From Paragordius varius (lineage: Eukaryota; Animalia; Nematomorpha), in assembly GCA_964247055.1 (NCBI GenBank), contig OZ176054.1, positions 2,542,001 through 2,606,000 on the forward strand: a DNA stretch of 64,000 nt, read 5' to 3'. The notes under the pieces were generated by a model that had not been told where the DNA came from, did no database searches, and was given only the letters and a program-made list of their open reading frames with translations. This document shows positions 41,001-51,940 of this stretch, piece after piece. A program made the translations under genes and the position numbers. The first letter of the stretch is position 1, and each line of letters opens with the position of its first letter.

Positions 41001-43482
41001 TGTGATCAACCAAATTTTTTGGAGTATACAAAAATACTTAAACATAATTTATTGAGGCCAAATAATTGAAAAATAATCAAACAATAATTACCATGAAATG
41101 GTGAATAGTTAACATGGCTATGATTAGAATCACCTAAATTTGAGCCCCCACCTGATTCCGCAAGTCCAGTATCCTAAAATTGAGGAATATTAATTTATGT
41201 AATTCAGAATTAAACAAATTATTATTATTGCAAAAGTTTTGTAAATTGTATATTACATTAATTGTTTTTATGGGAGTTACGGAATGATCAGTATCATCCA
41301 AATATTCCAAATTCGACAAAATAACACTACTTGTATTTCTGTCTTTCGTTGATTCTATGAAAAAAAAATCAGAACAATATAGATAAGAGGGTGTAATGAA
41401 AATCTGAAATAAATTTAGGATAACAAGACAAATGCTGAAAATCAACCTTCAAAATTTTTTAGGTATGGTTGGATGATATGACTGATTATAAGAGTATTCA
41501 TAATGACCGTGACATCGCCAATAAGTTTTAAACTTTCGATAGATGATAAATAAATTTTAAAATAATGGTAATTGAATTTTAGGTAAGAACAATAAAATTT
41601 GAACTAATCTCAATTTTTTATTTAATTGTCATATATTGAATGTGTAAAAGTTAAAAATATAGCTAATCATTAAGTTTGTCTTTTTGATAATAAACGTGAA
41701 TCACTGCTAGTGGTCAGCCGATTTTTAACTTTTGTGTGTTAATAGTCGAAAATCGATCAATCGCTATTTTTAGCGCAAAAAATTAATAAAAATATATACA
41801 TACTACCTTCATAATTTTCATGAGTTTCTAATTTTGATTCGCTTATGGCATTATTACTATGTATTTGTCTAAGTGGTGCAAAATTATGGAAAGATTTATA
41901 ATTCGTATTATGGTGTTGCATGGCATAAGCTGCCGCTATCGCCGAATAATATGATAACATGTATTGCGAATAATTTTGAAAGTGAATTGGAACTTGTTGT
42001 TGGCCATTAGCCTGATAAGTATGTAATTTATTTTCAAAAACGTGGTTAGGTTTAACATTAGCCATATCTTCAACACAATTGTTATTATGGGGTAAGAAAA
42101 AAGTTGGGTTTGTCATTGAATGATTCATTTGAGTATAATGGTATGATGATCCGTAATATGGGTTAAAAACACTAAAATTATTATGATTGATAAGGTTATG
42201 CGAATTTGCGTGCTTCAGAATTTGTGGATAATGTTGATTCTGTAAAAGGGCGTATGGCTAAGTAAAATAAAAATTGGCTTAGAAAATATTTGAATTGATC
42301 AAAAACCTATTAGCGCCAGTCACTCTCGATTTTAAAGGCATATAAAATCAGTCCATCCAATTGAACTAAGCTTTTTTATGTAGGTACCAAATATAATACC
42401 ATATAAATTCAATTATGGCTCTAGGTATTTTGTTTATTTTAAAACTTCCGGAAAGCAAAGATCTATCAAATTTATAATGTGCAATTAATTATACTCGACG
42501 ATGAACCAGATTAGCTTATATATTAATAATAATCGCGAAAACTCAAAATTTTTTATAATTAGACAATTTTTTATAGATATAATATTTAATCTAACAATTA
42601 AAAATGTGTCTATGAACAATTTTCTGGAAAAGGACTCACATTATTTCCACCATAATTATAACCGTTTATGATAGCGGCCTTGTTTGACTTTTTAATTACC
42701 TAGATTCAATTAAACCTAAGTAGAAATGAAGTTCGATAAAAATAAACTATAGTTTGATCACGATTTTATGGAATTTTCTCGGAGTATTATATATACCTTA
42801 TTAATTTACCATCAGTTAGTCGCAGATAACAAGTTTTTAAGCGACGCCTACATGGTTTAATTATAATAATATATACAAATGATGGTAGACCATTTGCACT
42901 TCAAGAGTGTCCTTGAACATTTTAAGATAGTCCCTTGAACACTTCAAGTTGGTCCTTGAACACTTTAAATTGGTCCTTGAACGTTTCAAGTTGGTCCTTT
43001 GATTTTTTTGCTTTATTTTTACCTTTTATCAAAATCGTATATCATTCATCTATTTTATCGTTTTTAATCTGTTTTTTATTATTTAACATTAATTTTAAAT
43101 CAATATCAACTATTAATATATCTTTATAAATTTTTTAAATTAATTTTGGATATTTATAAGATTTTAACAGGTAATTAAATATATTTATAATTTTTCATTA
43201 TAAACATCAGAAAGCCAATAATTTTGTTAAATTGGAAAAAAATTAATTTGAAACAAAAAAGTGTTTTTAAATAATATATAATAAATAAAGAAAATTAGGT
43301 TAAAAAATAATTAAATAAAAAAATACTCGGGAAAATTATGATTTAATCAAAATTAAAAATTTTAAGGACCTACTTGAGGTGTTAAAGGACTAACTTGAAG
43401 TGCAAGGACCAACTTGAAATCAGGGACACTATTGAAGTGAACATAAAAAGCAAACCATAGAATGAATTATGCAAAAGTCATA

Positions 43483-43519
<37 letters not shown>

Positions 43520-46500
43520 GCCATTTTCAAAAATAAATAATCATTCTTTTCACATCTCGATAAAATATTAACTTGTATTGCCCCATTAATTTTATGTAAT
43601 AAAAACCCAAACGTCCGTTAAAAATAATAGTCGTCTGCCTTTCTTTTAATTACAGTTTTTGATTAAGGCAACAATAAACAATAATATTCATTAAAAATAA
43701 TTACCTGTGAAGATAAACCAGGTATATCTTGAAGATGTAATGGTGTATTTATCAAACTAAAATTTTGGGGATGATGTGCTAAACGAAAAAGTATATAAGA
43801 TATTTAAAATTTAGATAATATGACCAATATAAATTTTACGTTACTTTAATTAATGAAATGAAAAAACAAAGAATTTAGGAGAGACAAACAATATAAACAT
43901 TTTACTGTTGTTAACACCCGCCAACCCTATCCCCGGTAAAGCCGACGGGTTTGTAGGAAAAAACGAAAGATGCGCTGGTCCCATCACATTTGTATTCAGT
44001 GGATGATGATGATTATTAGAATCGTTTTGGCCAGGATTTATGTGATTGACCATATTGTAAGAGTGAGGAGTTAAACCATAAGAGCTAACGATTGTGGAAA
44101 TGGTAGGGAAAGATGATGGTAAATTATCGAGAAAGCTGTTGAAATTATAGGGATTGTCGCTATTCGTTGTCCAACTGTAATTGGTTGAAGAAATGTTTGT
44201 TGATGATCCAATATGTGTCGACGCTTTCCAGGTATCTGTAAATGTTTTGAATGCTCCGGCCATTTTACTTGAAGAGGGCAATGGGGATTGGGAAATCACA
44301 TGTTGAGAATAAGTATTATTAATTATTGGCACATTAGTTGTGTGTATAAGCGCTTTTCCAGACCCGAGCAAAGTATTACCATGATTTTGATTTACATGGT
44401 AATATGGAGGAAAATTATTTTGATGATGGTGAAATGGAAATGAAGGGTGACCGCTACCATAATAACCGAATGGAAAAGGTATACCTTTAGAACTACTATG
44501 TTGAGGCAGGGGGTAACGAGAAGCAATAAAAAATGGATTATGTGGTAAGAGATTATTTAAGGGTGTGGAGTTTGCCTTTGGCCCAAGATGAGCAGAAGCT
44601 GTAGGATAATGCTGAAAATTATTTCGATTGCTGTTAGGATTATTAATATTATCATTGCTAGTATGGTTATTGTGTTCCCAGGGTTGAGCATTAGCATAAC
44701 TTATGCGGATAGAAGTGTTTTTCAAAATGAGATCTTCCCCAATCAACTTTTGTGCCACGTCAGGGTCGGCAAAAGTTACAAAAGCAAATCCTCTACACGG
44801 TTTAGGTATAAACACTTCAAGGACCCGACCGTACTGGGAGAAAAAGGTTAAAATATCATCTGACGTTATATCGTCCGTCACTCGGCCTACATGTATTTTC
44901 CCATTGCCGTGCGGTAGGGAAATTACCTGCAAAATAAAGGCAAAGTTATACTGTTCATTGTATAATGATACCCGTATAAAAGAGTAAAAATGTAACCATC
45001 ATATATTTACAAAATTTTTTTATAAATATAATATCTAATGATTTCATGCAGGCAAATTTTACATTGTTATAGAATAAAAAAATTTTCAATTTAATATTAA
45101 TATGTTTACTATCTGAGATCATAATGTAGGATTATGAAATATATTGAGGATATAAATTAGTCTCTAAAATAATTTTATATTACAACATAAATATTTATAT
45201 TGCTTATGGATATAGCATTAATTAATGAATTAGTTTTAGATTAAAAACGGACCGATAAATTTAAATATTCTCACAGTTCATATTCATTCACACGTACATT
45301 TAAATAGCGAAGAAAATGGATAAAAAATAGTTTTGCTTGAACAAAAATATTTATTTGAAACATACAACATAATCTATATAAATATAACACAAAACATATC
45401 ACATAACATATCGCATCTCGTATCATATCACATATCAAAAATTAGCAAAAAATAAGAAATATACAAAAGTTTGACAATTGCTCTATCAATGTTGTCATAT
45501 TCAATATGGTAGAGCGGTATTGTTATGAAATTTAAGTCTCTTAATAATATTATTCATATTGGGACTCAGTACTTTGGAATAGGGGATACGGACTTCACAC
45601 ATCCTTCCATCAATATTATGTTTTTGGGCCATGCAGAGAGTTTGAGCGTTTGAGTCAGAAAATCGAATAAATCCAAATCCTTTGGATTTACCAAAGGCAT
45701 CACGTTTGACCTAAAAACGAACGAATGACTAAAAAAACCAAAAGTAAGTAAAAGAGCTATTAATCATCAAAATAATTGCGTAATATATTTTGTCACTTAT
45801 AATTAAATTGAAAGTTAAAAACAAATTAGATCTAATATAAAGACGATCGTGAATACTCTTAAAAATATATGTTTAAAAGATAAAAGTAAAAATTTTGGCC
45901 ATGGCGTGACGTTATTATTATTTGCAAATTGACTAAACTGCGGAAATTATGCAAGCTAATCCATGGTTTATTACCACATTATACCATGAGATTATTTTAT
46001 CCATGTTTCATTAAACAATTGTGTATTTAGACAGGTGTTAAAAAACGCAAATATTAAATCGCCTATAAAACCAATAAATTTAAAGGTTAAAAATTGGTTA
46101 TATATTATCAAAAAATCAGCCTAACTAATGGGGATATTATCCGTTGTTTTTTTAAATAATATAAAATTAACAACGTTAAGACAAAATGTAAAACTATACA
46201 AAACTTCCATGTTTTAAAAATAGATGCGCCGCATCAAGATAATGTTAATCTTTAAAAATGCAATATTAAAACAAATTGTGTCATCTAACCTGGACAAAAA
46301 CTAAACTACCAAAAGTAGCAAAGTAGTCTCTAAGCGAATTTTCATCGGTTGCCCATGGCAACCCCAATACAATGAGATCACAACATTTTTTGGCTTCATC
46401 CGTTTTTTCTGTTAGAGAAGTTTTCTCAATTTTTTTATCTATAGTAATAACGAATATTTTATTTAGAGACATAGTAAGTATATTTAATTTAGAAATAATA

Positions 46501-46881
46501 AGTTAATAAAAAATAGCGGGTCACCTAAACAGAGTTATGTTGGGGCTGACAATTTTTGAAATAAAATGTAATCTTCAAACTTATATAATTTCGATTAACC
46601 AATTAATAGTTTTTATGGTTGAAGAATTTTTTACCTGATTTGGGAAAAACAGCCCAATATATACGATCACCCCAGGCATTTGTGTCAGGTGGATAAAGCT
46701 TTCCATCTTCCAATCTTATACCTCTCCAAGCACCGGATTTATCATTTTTATAGCGTAATCCAGTAATTCCTGGATATTGAGCAGCAAGTGTAGATAATAA
46801 AAGGGCCCCGTCTTTTTCAACAGGTAATTCCATAAAATCATCTTCACTATTATCAGTTACACGAATAAATTCGTCTTCCAT
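35045..46881 (-). CDS. TARDBP: TDP-43 orthologue (NTD, RRM1, RRM2) with a very long Asn/His/Ser-rich C-terminal region; up to 15 exons
   Basis: Core exons 46881-46635 (NTD: FIRVT...[27 protein letters not shown]), 46438-46290 (DLIVLGLPW), 45710-45573 (SKGFGFIRF) and 44926-43906 (RRM2: [20 protein letters not shown]). Tail exons 43778-43705, 42239-41804, 41354-41281, 41173-41092, 40576-40437, 40349-40144, 40032-39843, 39610-38956, 38804-38694 (or read-through to stop 38653), 35452-35351 and 35256-35045 are all GT-AG and in phase. The core is certain; the tail is inferred from phase consistency. Confidence 0.88.
35502..36028. mobile_element. TA-flanked MITE with subterminal repeats of about 22 bp
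   Basis: TA|CCATTTGTACTTC at the left end and GAAGTGTAACTGG|TA at the right end, with GTCCTTGAACACTTCAAG-type subterminal repeats. Homologous to 42890-43439. Confidence 0.75.
36244..38539 (+). mobile_element. Internally deleted mariner (Mos1-like) with both TIRs, interrupted by an RTE LINE
   Basis: Left TIR TA|TCAGGTGTAACCATAAGTTATTACCGGTT and right TIR AACCGGTAAAAACTTATGGATACACCTGG. Transposase remnants [13 protein letters not shown] and KKSFLHQIG lie before the insertion; PNRFGR lies after it. Confidence 0.9.
36761..38035 (+). mobile_element. 5'-truncated RTE-clade (BovB-like) non-LTR retrotransposon; reverse-transcriptase ORF 36760-38028 (422 aa)
   Basis: RT motifs [31 protein letters not shown] and KYLGSII, plus the RTE/BovB-like tail YGSESW...[14 protein letters not shown]. 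The element ends in a (CAA)n tail and is flanked by a 10-bp TSD, AGGGACAAGA (36751-36760) and AGGGTCAAGA (38036-38045). Confidence 0.93.
42890..43439. mobile_element. MITE in TDP-43 intron 5, same family as 35502-36028
   Basis: CCATTTGCACTTCAAGAGTGTCCTTGA at the left end and CAGGGACACTATTGAAGTG at the right end, with tandem GTCCTTGAACACTTCAAGTTG repeats and a shared internal aatcgtatatcattcat block. Confidence 0.78.
43488..43515. repeat. (TA)n microsatellite
   Basis: Pure TA run. Confidence 0.85.
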
Positions 46882-47040
46882 AAAACAAGCAATCAAGTAA
46901 GCAAAATATTATATAAGAAGACACACACAACACAAACAACTTTTGCAAACACACGTTTTAAAAATTTATTTTCGAGTGAGTCTCCAAAATGTGCAACTGA
47001 TGTTTTCGTGTTGATAAAATTAAACACCTCGTGGTTTAAA
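46882..47040. promoter_or_regulatory. Probable bidirectional promoter and 5' UTRs shared by TDP-43 and CWC21
   Basis: Only 159 bp separate the divergent ATGs at 46881 (-) and 47041 (+). Confidence 0.7.
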
Positions 47041-50000
47041 ATGTACAATGGTATCGGACTCCCCACCGCTAGAGGTAGCGGTACAAATGGATTTGTTCAA
47101 AGAAATCTTTCCTACATTAAAAATGTCAAAGAACGATTAGATTACAAGTTAATTTTTGGTTTTTAAATTTTAGACCTATAAGCCGAGAAGATTTGGATAA
47201 AGCTTTGCTGAAAAAGCCAAACGATGAATTACTCCTACATGATCATAAAAGAAAGTTGGAAATAAAGTGTTTAGAAATGAAAATATTGATGGAGGATCAA
47301 GGGTAAATTTTATATTTTGCGATTTTTAATCCGAGATATTGTGATATAAATAAATTTTTTAGATTCGATGAAAATGAAATTGAAGAAAAAGTTTCTTTGT
47401 TTCGCAAAATGTTGATGAGCAGTTTAGAAAGCGTTGGAAAAAGCGGTGTTTACATTAGCAAAGATGATATTGAAGAAGACGCTCTTGGAAGACCTATGTA
47501 TTCACAATTTTTGTATAATTACAGTCATGTCTATATAGAATTGTCAGAAATTCGTATTTAAATGATTATATTTTTTTTTAATTGTTTTGATGTTTGTTAT
47601 GTCAACTTTCAACATGCGCATTTTTAAACCTTAAAATAATAATAGCCTATTTATTGTAAGAATTTTTAATTTATAAATTAAAAGATGTTGCAAAATATTA
47701 TTCTTGAACGTTTTATCTACAACATGCGCATGTAATTTATGATAACCATTGATATTTGTTTTCATTTTCTAGGGGTTTTTAACATGCACTTAAAATATAA
47801 AATAAACCCAAGCAGATGTCCATTTAATCTCTATATATATATATAAAAAAATAAATCATACTAGAGTTATTTTAAAAAATTATGAATATCAACGATAACC
47901 CATTATTTCTTCTTTGCTCGGCAGCTAGTGTACTTGAAGGTTTATATTAAAAAATAAAAAAGAACGAAATCTAAGGAAAACATAGCTCCCTCAGTTTATA
48001 CTAAGTTCATAGTTTGCGATAATGCACCTATTCACAAAGCCGCGGTGGTAGGTGAGCTAAGGAATAAAATTGTTTATTTACCTCCATATTCGCCACAACT
48101 GAATCCCATTGAATGTTTTTTTCATGAGATTAAACATCAATATGATAAAAAACCACGGTGTAGTACCCCTCAGGAGCAGCATAACAAAATTGCAAGACTT
48201 TGCTAAGAGAGAAGGGAAAAAAATCTAAAAAATTATTATAATTTTTCTTCACATATTTTGTTGGAATGTATACAAAGAAAACCCCTATAAAATGAAAACA
48301 ATTATAAATTTATTTAAAAATTATAATTATCAATAAATATTTTTATCTTTCAAATTATACTTAGGTTATGTGTGTTTAAACTTTGAGTTAATAAAATTTT
48401 ATAATTAATATTTTACAAAAGATAAAAATTACAATATGCGCATGTTGTGCATCAAGAATAATATTTTGCAATATCTTTTAATTTATAAATTAAAAATTCT
48501 TACAAATAGGCTATTATTATTTTAAGGCTTAAAAATGCACATGTTGAAAGTTGACATATCAAACATCAAAACAATTAAAAAAAAATATAATCATTTAAAT
48601 ACGAATTTCTGACAATTCTATATAGACATGACTGTAAATAACGTTCATGCATGATTTCTATAATAATATAACTTTTTTAATAGAATGAGTAGATATGAGA
48701 TATTTGACCAATAAATAGGCATTTTAAGTTAACTGATTTTATTTGCAATTAATTAATTTACATATAAACCTTGCTAATACATAACAACATAAATTATATC
48801 TTTCCATTAACGTTAAGCCAATAATAATACCTGCCCATTTACTGTATCTACAAATATTCCCGTAATAAAACATTGATTTTTACATCCCCAAAGTTTTATT
48901 ACAAAATGAAAACATATATAATTCCTTTATAAAATGTGAGAATCATTATCTTAGTTTTATTTTTCTTACTATATTTACGTTGCAATCTCCACCAAACACT
49001 GCTAATGCTATGATATAATTTCCATTTAACTTAAATTTTAGCACTAAAAATACGCATCAAATGATGCGTGCCAACGAAAACAAGAATCGTGTCATAGCAG
49101 ACGCTTTTCGCATCAGCAAAACTTACAAACCAGGTGATTCATTCGCTCAAATGAACACAACGGCCGAAAAAGAAAAGCTGTTAAAACTAAAATCATCCGG
49201 GACAGAAACTTCAAATGAACCGGAAAAGGATTATCCAGCTATTCAAAACACAGCTGATGTGAATGTCAATAATCTATTATCCCAATTAGGTAAGGAATTA
49301 GTGTTTTATATCTCTATATATATAACCCCGATTGTGACAAAATACTTGGTACACACATCATGAAGCTTTTTCAAACAAAATATAAAATTTTGATTGTATT
49401 TAATTAATATTAATATATATAATGTCCTATCATTGTTGAAAAAAGTAATTTAACCTACTTAAGAAATCGGAAGCGGTTGATTAGCATAAGGTTATTTGTT
49501 TGTATTAAAAAATCTCATGATTAAAGCAGCTCAACTCTATATATGTTATTTGGGAACGATAGTTTTTACAGATAAATCCAATAATCGAGTAGTAACCATA
49601 AAATGTTTATATAAGCTATCTTTGTTTTAATAAATTAACCATCTGTTAAAATTATATTCTTTAAAAAACCTATCAGAATATTGTTTTAAATGTGTAATTC
49701 TATTTATATTGCTGCTTTTTTCACCCTTATTATATTAAGGTTATATGGTATAAAGGAGGATTCAAGAATATAGTTTTCTTTGTTAAAATGACAGTCTTAA
49801 TTTTTCTATATAAAATTATTTAAGTTTATACTTTTCCCATTTCTTTTAAATTTTTTGTATTATAAACAATATTCAAGTTTTTTCAAACCTTGATTATATT
49901 ATAGAATTTAAATATTTTTTGCAGATGCACCTAGCGACATAGAAGTTACTATTATGCCGGAAGATATAGCCAAGTATGGATTAGATATATAATATATAAT

Positions 50001-51940
50001 TTGTTTTGATTTGTTTTTCAACTATATAATAGATTTATATTTTTTGTTAACCTTGCTGTTATTACAGTTAGTTTAATAAATGATTATTACGAAAATAAAT
50101 GAATATCCAAAAGCAAAAATGATTATCACATGTTGAAATATACTATTTACAATTCAAATTCCTTGAACAATTCAAATTCATCCTAAAAATATATTATGTG
50201 TTTTCGGGCTAATATAACCCATTATTAAGATGAAATGGCTAAGTTTATTATTTTTCAGTATTATTTTAATTACAAACAAAATTTTAATTTTTTAAAAATA
50301 TAGGTAATATTTATCTTAAAAAGCACATAATTTTTTTTAGAGTGAATTTAAATTGTTCGAGGGGGAATTTGTAGTGTAAATGGTATATGTTAATGTAAGG
50401 GTCGTATATGGTGTATTTATTATATATTTTTTTAACCATGTACTAATCATTTTTTTTCTTTTAGATATTCATTTGTTTTTTCGTGATAATCATTCGTTAA
50501 TATTACTATATCTTTTTTGTTATGTGTTTAAATATCTGATATAATATTTCAGTTAAAGGATTACATCACATAGATATATAGATTTAAAATGTCAGCTAGA
50601 TTAGAAATTTGGAATTAAGTCTTATTTTGACTTTAATTTGGATATTTGGTAATTTATATATTATGCAGTTTTGATTTTACATTTCACTCATGTAATGAAT
50701 AATCATATAGGAATTATGTAAAAGTTGTAGGTTTTTGATTGAAATCATAAGACATGGTCGTCCTGGATTACCTGCACATCTAAGAATGAATGAATTGTGT
50801 TTTTATATTTAACAGTGAAATGTTAATTAAAAGGATTAGAGCTTATATTAATTAAAAATGGTTATACGTATTCACATAGTAAACATATTATCTATCCACT
50901 TAACGGATATAAAATTTAAGTTGTAATTTTCAATGCTTAATTTGTTACTTTTGATAAAGGTTAATTATCTCATAGGCTAGTTCCAATTCAATTATTACAT
51001 AAAAATTAATAATATATTTCAAATTTTTAGATATGATAGTTCCGATTCAGAAATGCCATCACTCCCCAAAAAATCTAAAAAGAAACGGGAAAATGACCAA
51101 TTTGAAACTTTACATACTACACATAAATCAAATGATGATAAAATGCCTCATCATGATGAGCAACACCACCATCGTAAAAAGCGCTCCTACGAATCCGTTC
51201 AAAAATCACCCGACGATAAACCCGTTAACGTTAAAAAGAATAAAAAGGAACATAGCCCTAATGATGCATATAGATTATCTCCGAAACAAGATTATCAAAT
51301 GAATAATTCTAAAAAACGTACTTATGAATCAGATCAAAGAACGCAGCCGCCAGAAAAAGATGTTTGTCCTAAAAAGCAGCATAAAAGGAAGCATAGTACC
51401 AAAGGACATCGAGTATCATCAAAAAAAGATTATGAAATGGAGAATTATAAAAAGCAATCATCTTCCGAATCAGTCGAAAAAATCCATGTTAAAAAACATA
51501 AAAAGAAACGCAGCCCAGATCATCGAATATCATCGAAAAAGGACTCTGTTGATGACATTGAGAATTATGAAAAGCGTTTTTACGAATCATCCCAAAAGAT
51601 ACTTGAATTAGCTGTGAGTAAAAAACAACAGAAAAGGGAACTTCCTAGTCCTCACCATCATCATAATCATCGATTATCACCCAAAAAAGATTATAAAATG
51701 GATATGCAGAAAAAGCGTTCTGAAACAGATGTCAATCCTAAAAAACATCATAAACGGGAACACAACAGCTCTTACAACCAAAAAAATGATGGGAATAAAG
51801 AAACTTATAAAACGAAACATTCCACCCAAAAATCGGAACCGACAACCACCAAACCTGTAGAAAAACATAAAAAACGTCGAAAAAGGTCACCATCCTCCCC
51901 CTCATCTACCTCTTCATCAGCTTCGACGTCTGATTATTAA
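47041..51940 (+). CDS. CWC21: CWC21/SRRM2-like splicing factor (cwf21 domain), 6 exons, about 525 aa
   Basis: Exons 47041-47147 ([23 protein letters not shown]), 47174-47302 ([28 protein letters not shown]), 47363-47497, 49042-49289 ([25 protein letters not shown]), 49925-49973 and 51031-51940 total 1578 nt and are in phase. Confidence 0.92.
47522..48634 (+). mobile_element. Internally deleted Tc1/IS630-like transposon with inverted repeats of about 210 bp, in CWC21 intron 3
   Basis: TA|CAGTCATGTCTATATAGAATTGTCAG at the left end and CTGACAATTCTATATAGACATGACTG|TA at the right end. The DDE remnant [10 protein letters not shown]...[16 protein letters not shown] lies at about 48000-48205. Confidence 0.92.

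Noticed and set aside
42897-43000. Regularly spaced direct repeats of about 22 bp resembling a CRISPR array
   Set aside because: There are no unique spacers, they are subterminal repeats of a MITE mirrored at its other end, and the context is eukaryotic.
45385-45436. Degenerate (CATAT)n pentamer run in TDP-43 intron 3, UG-containing on the sense strand
   Set aside because: It lacks true (UG)n runs and is most simply a decayed microsatellite.
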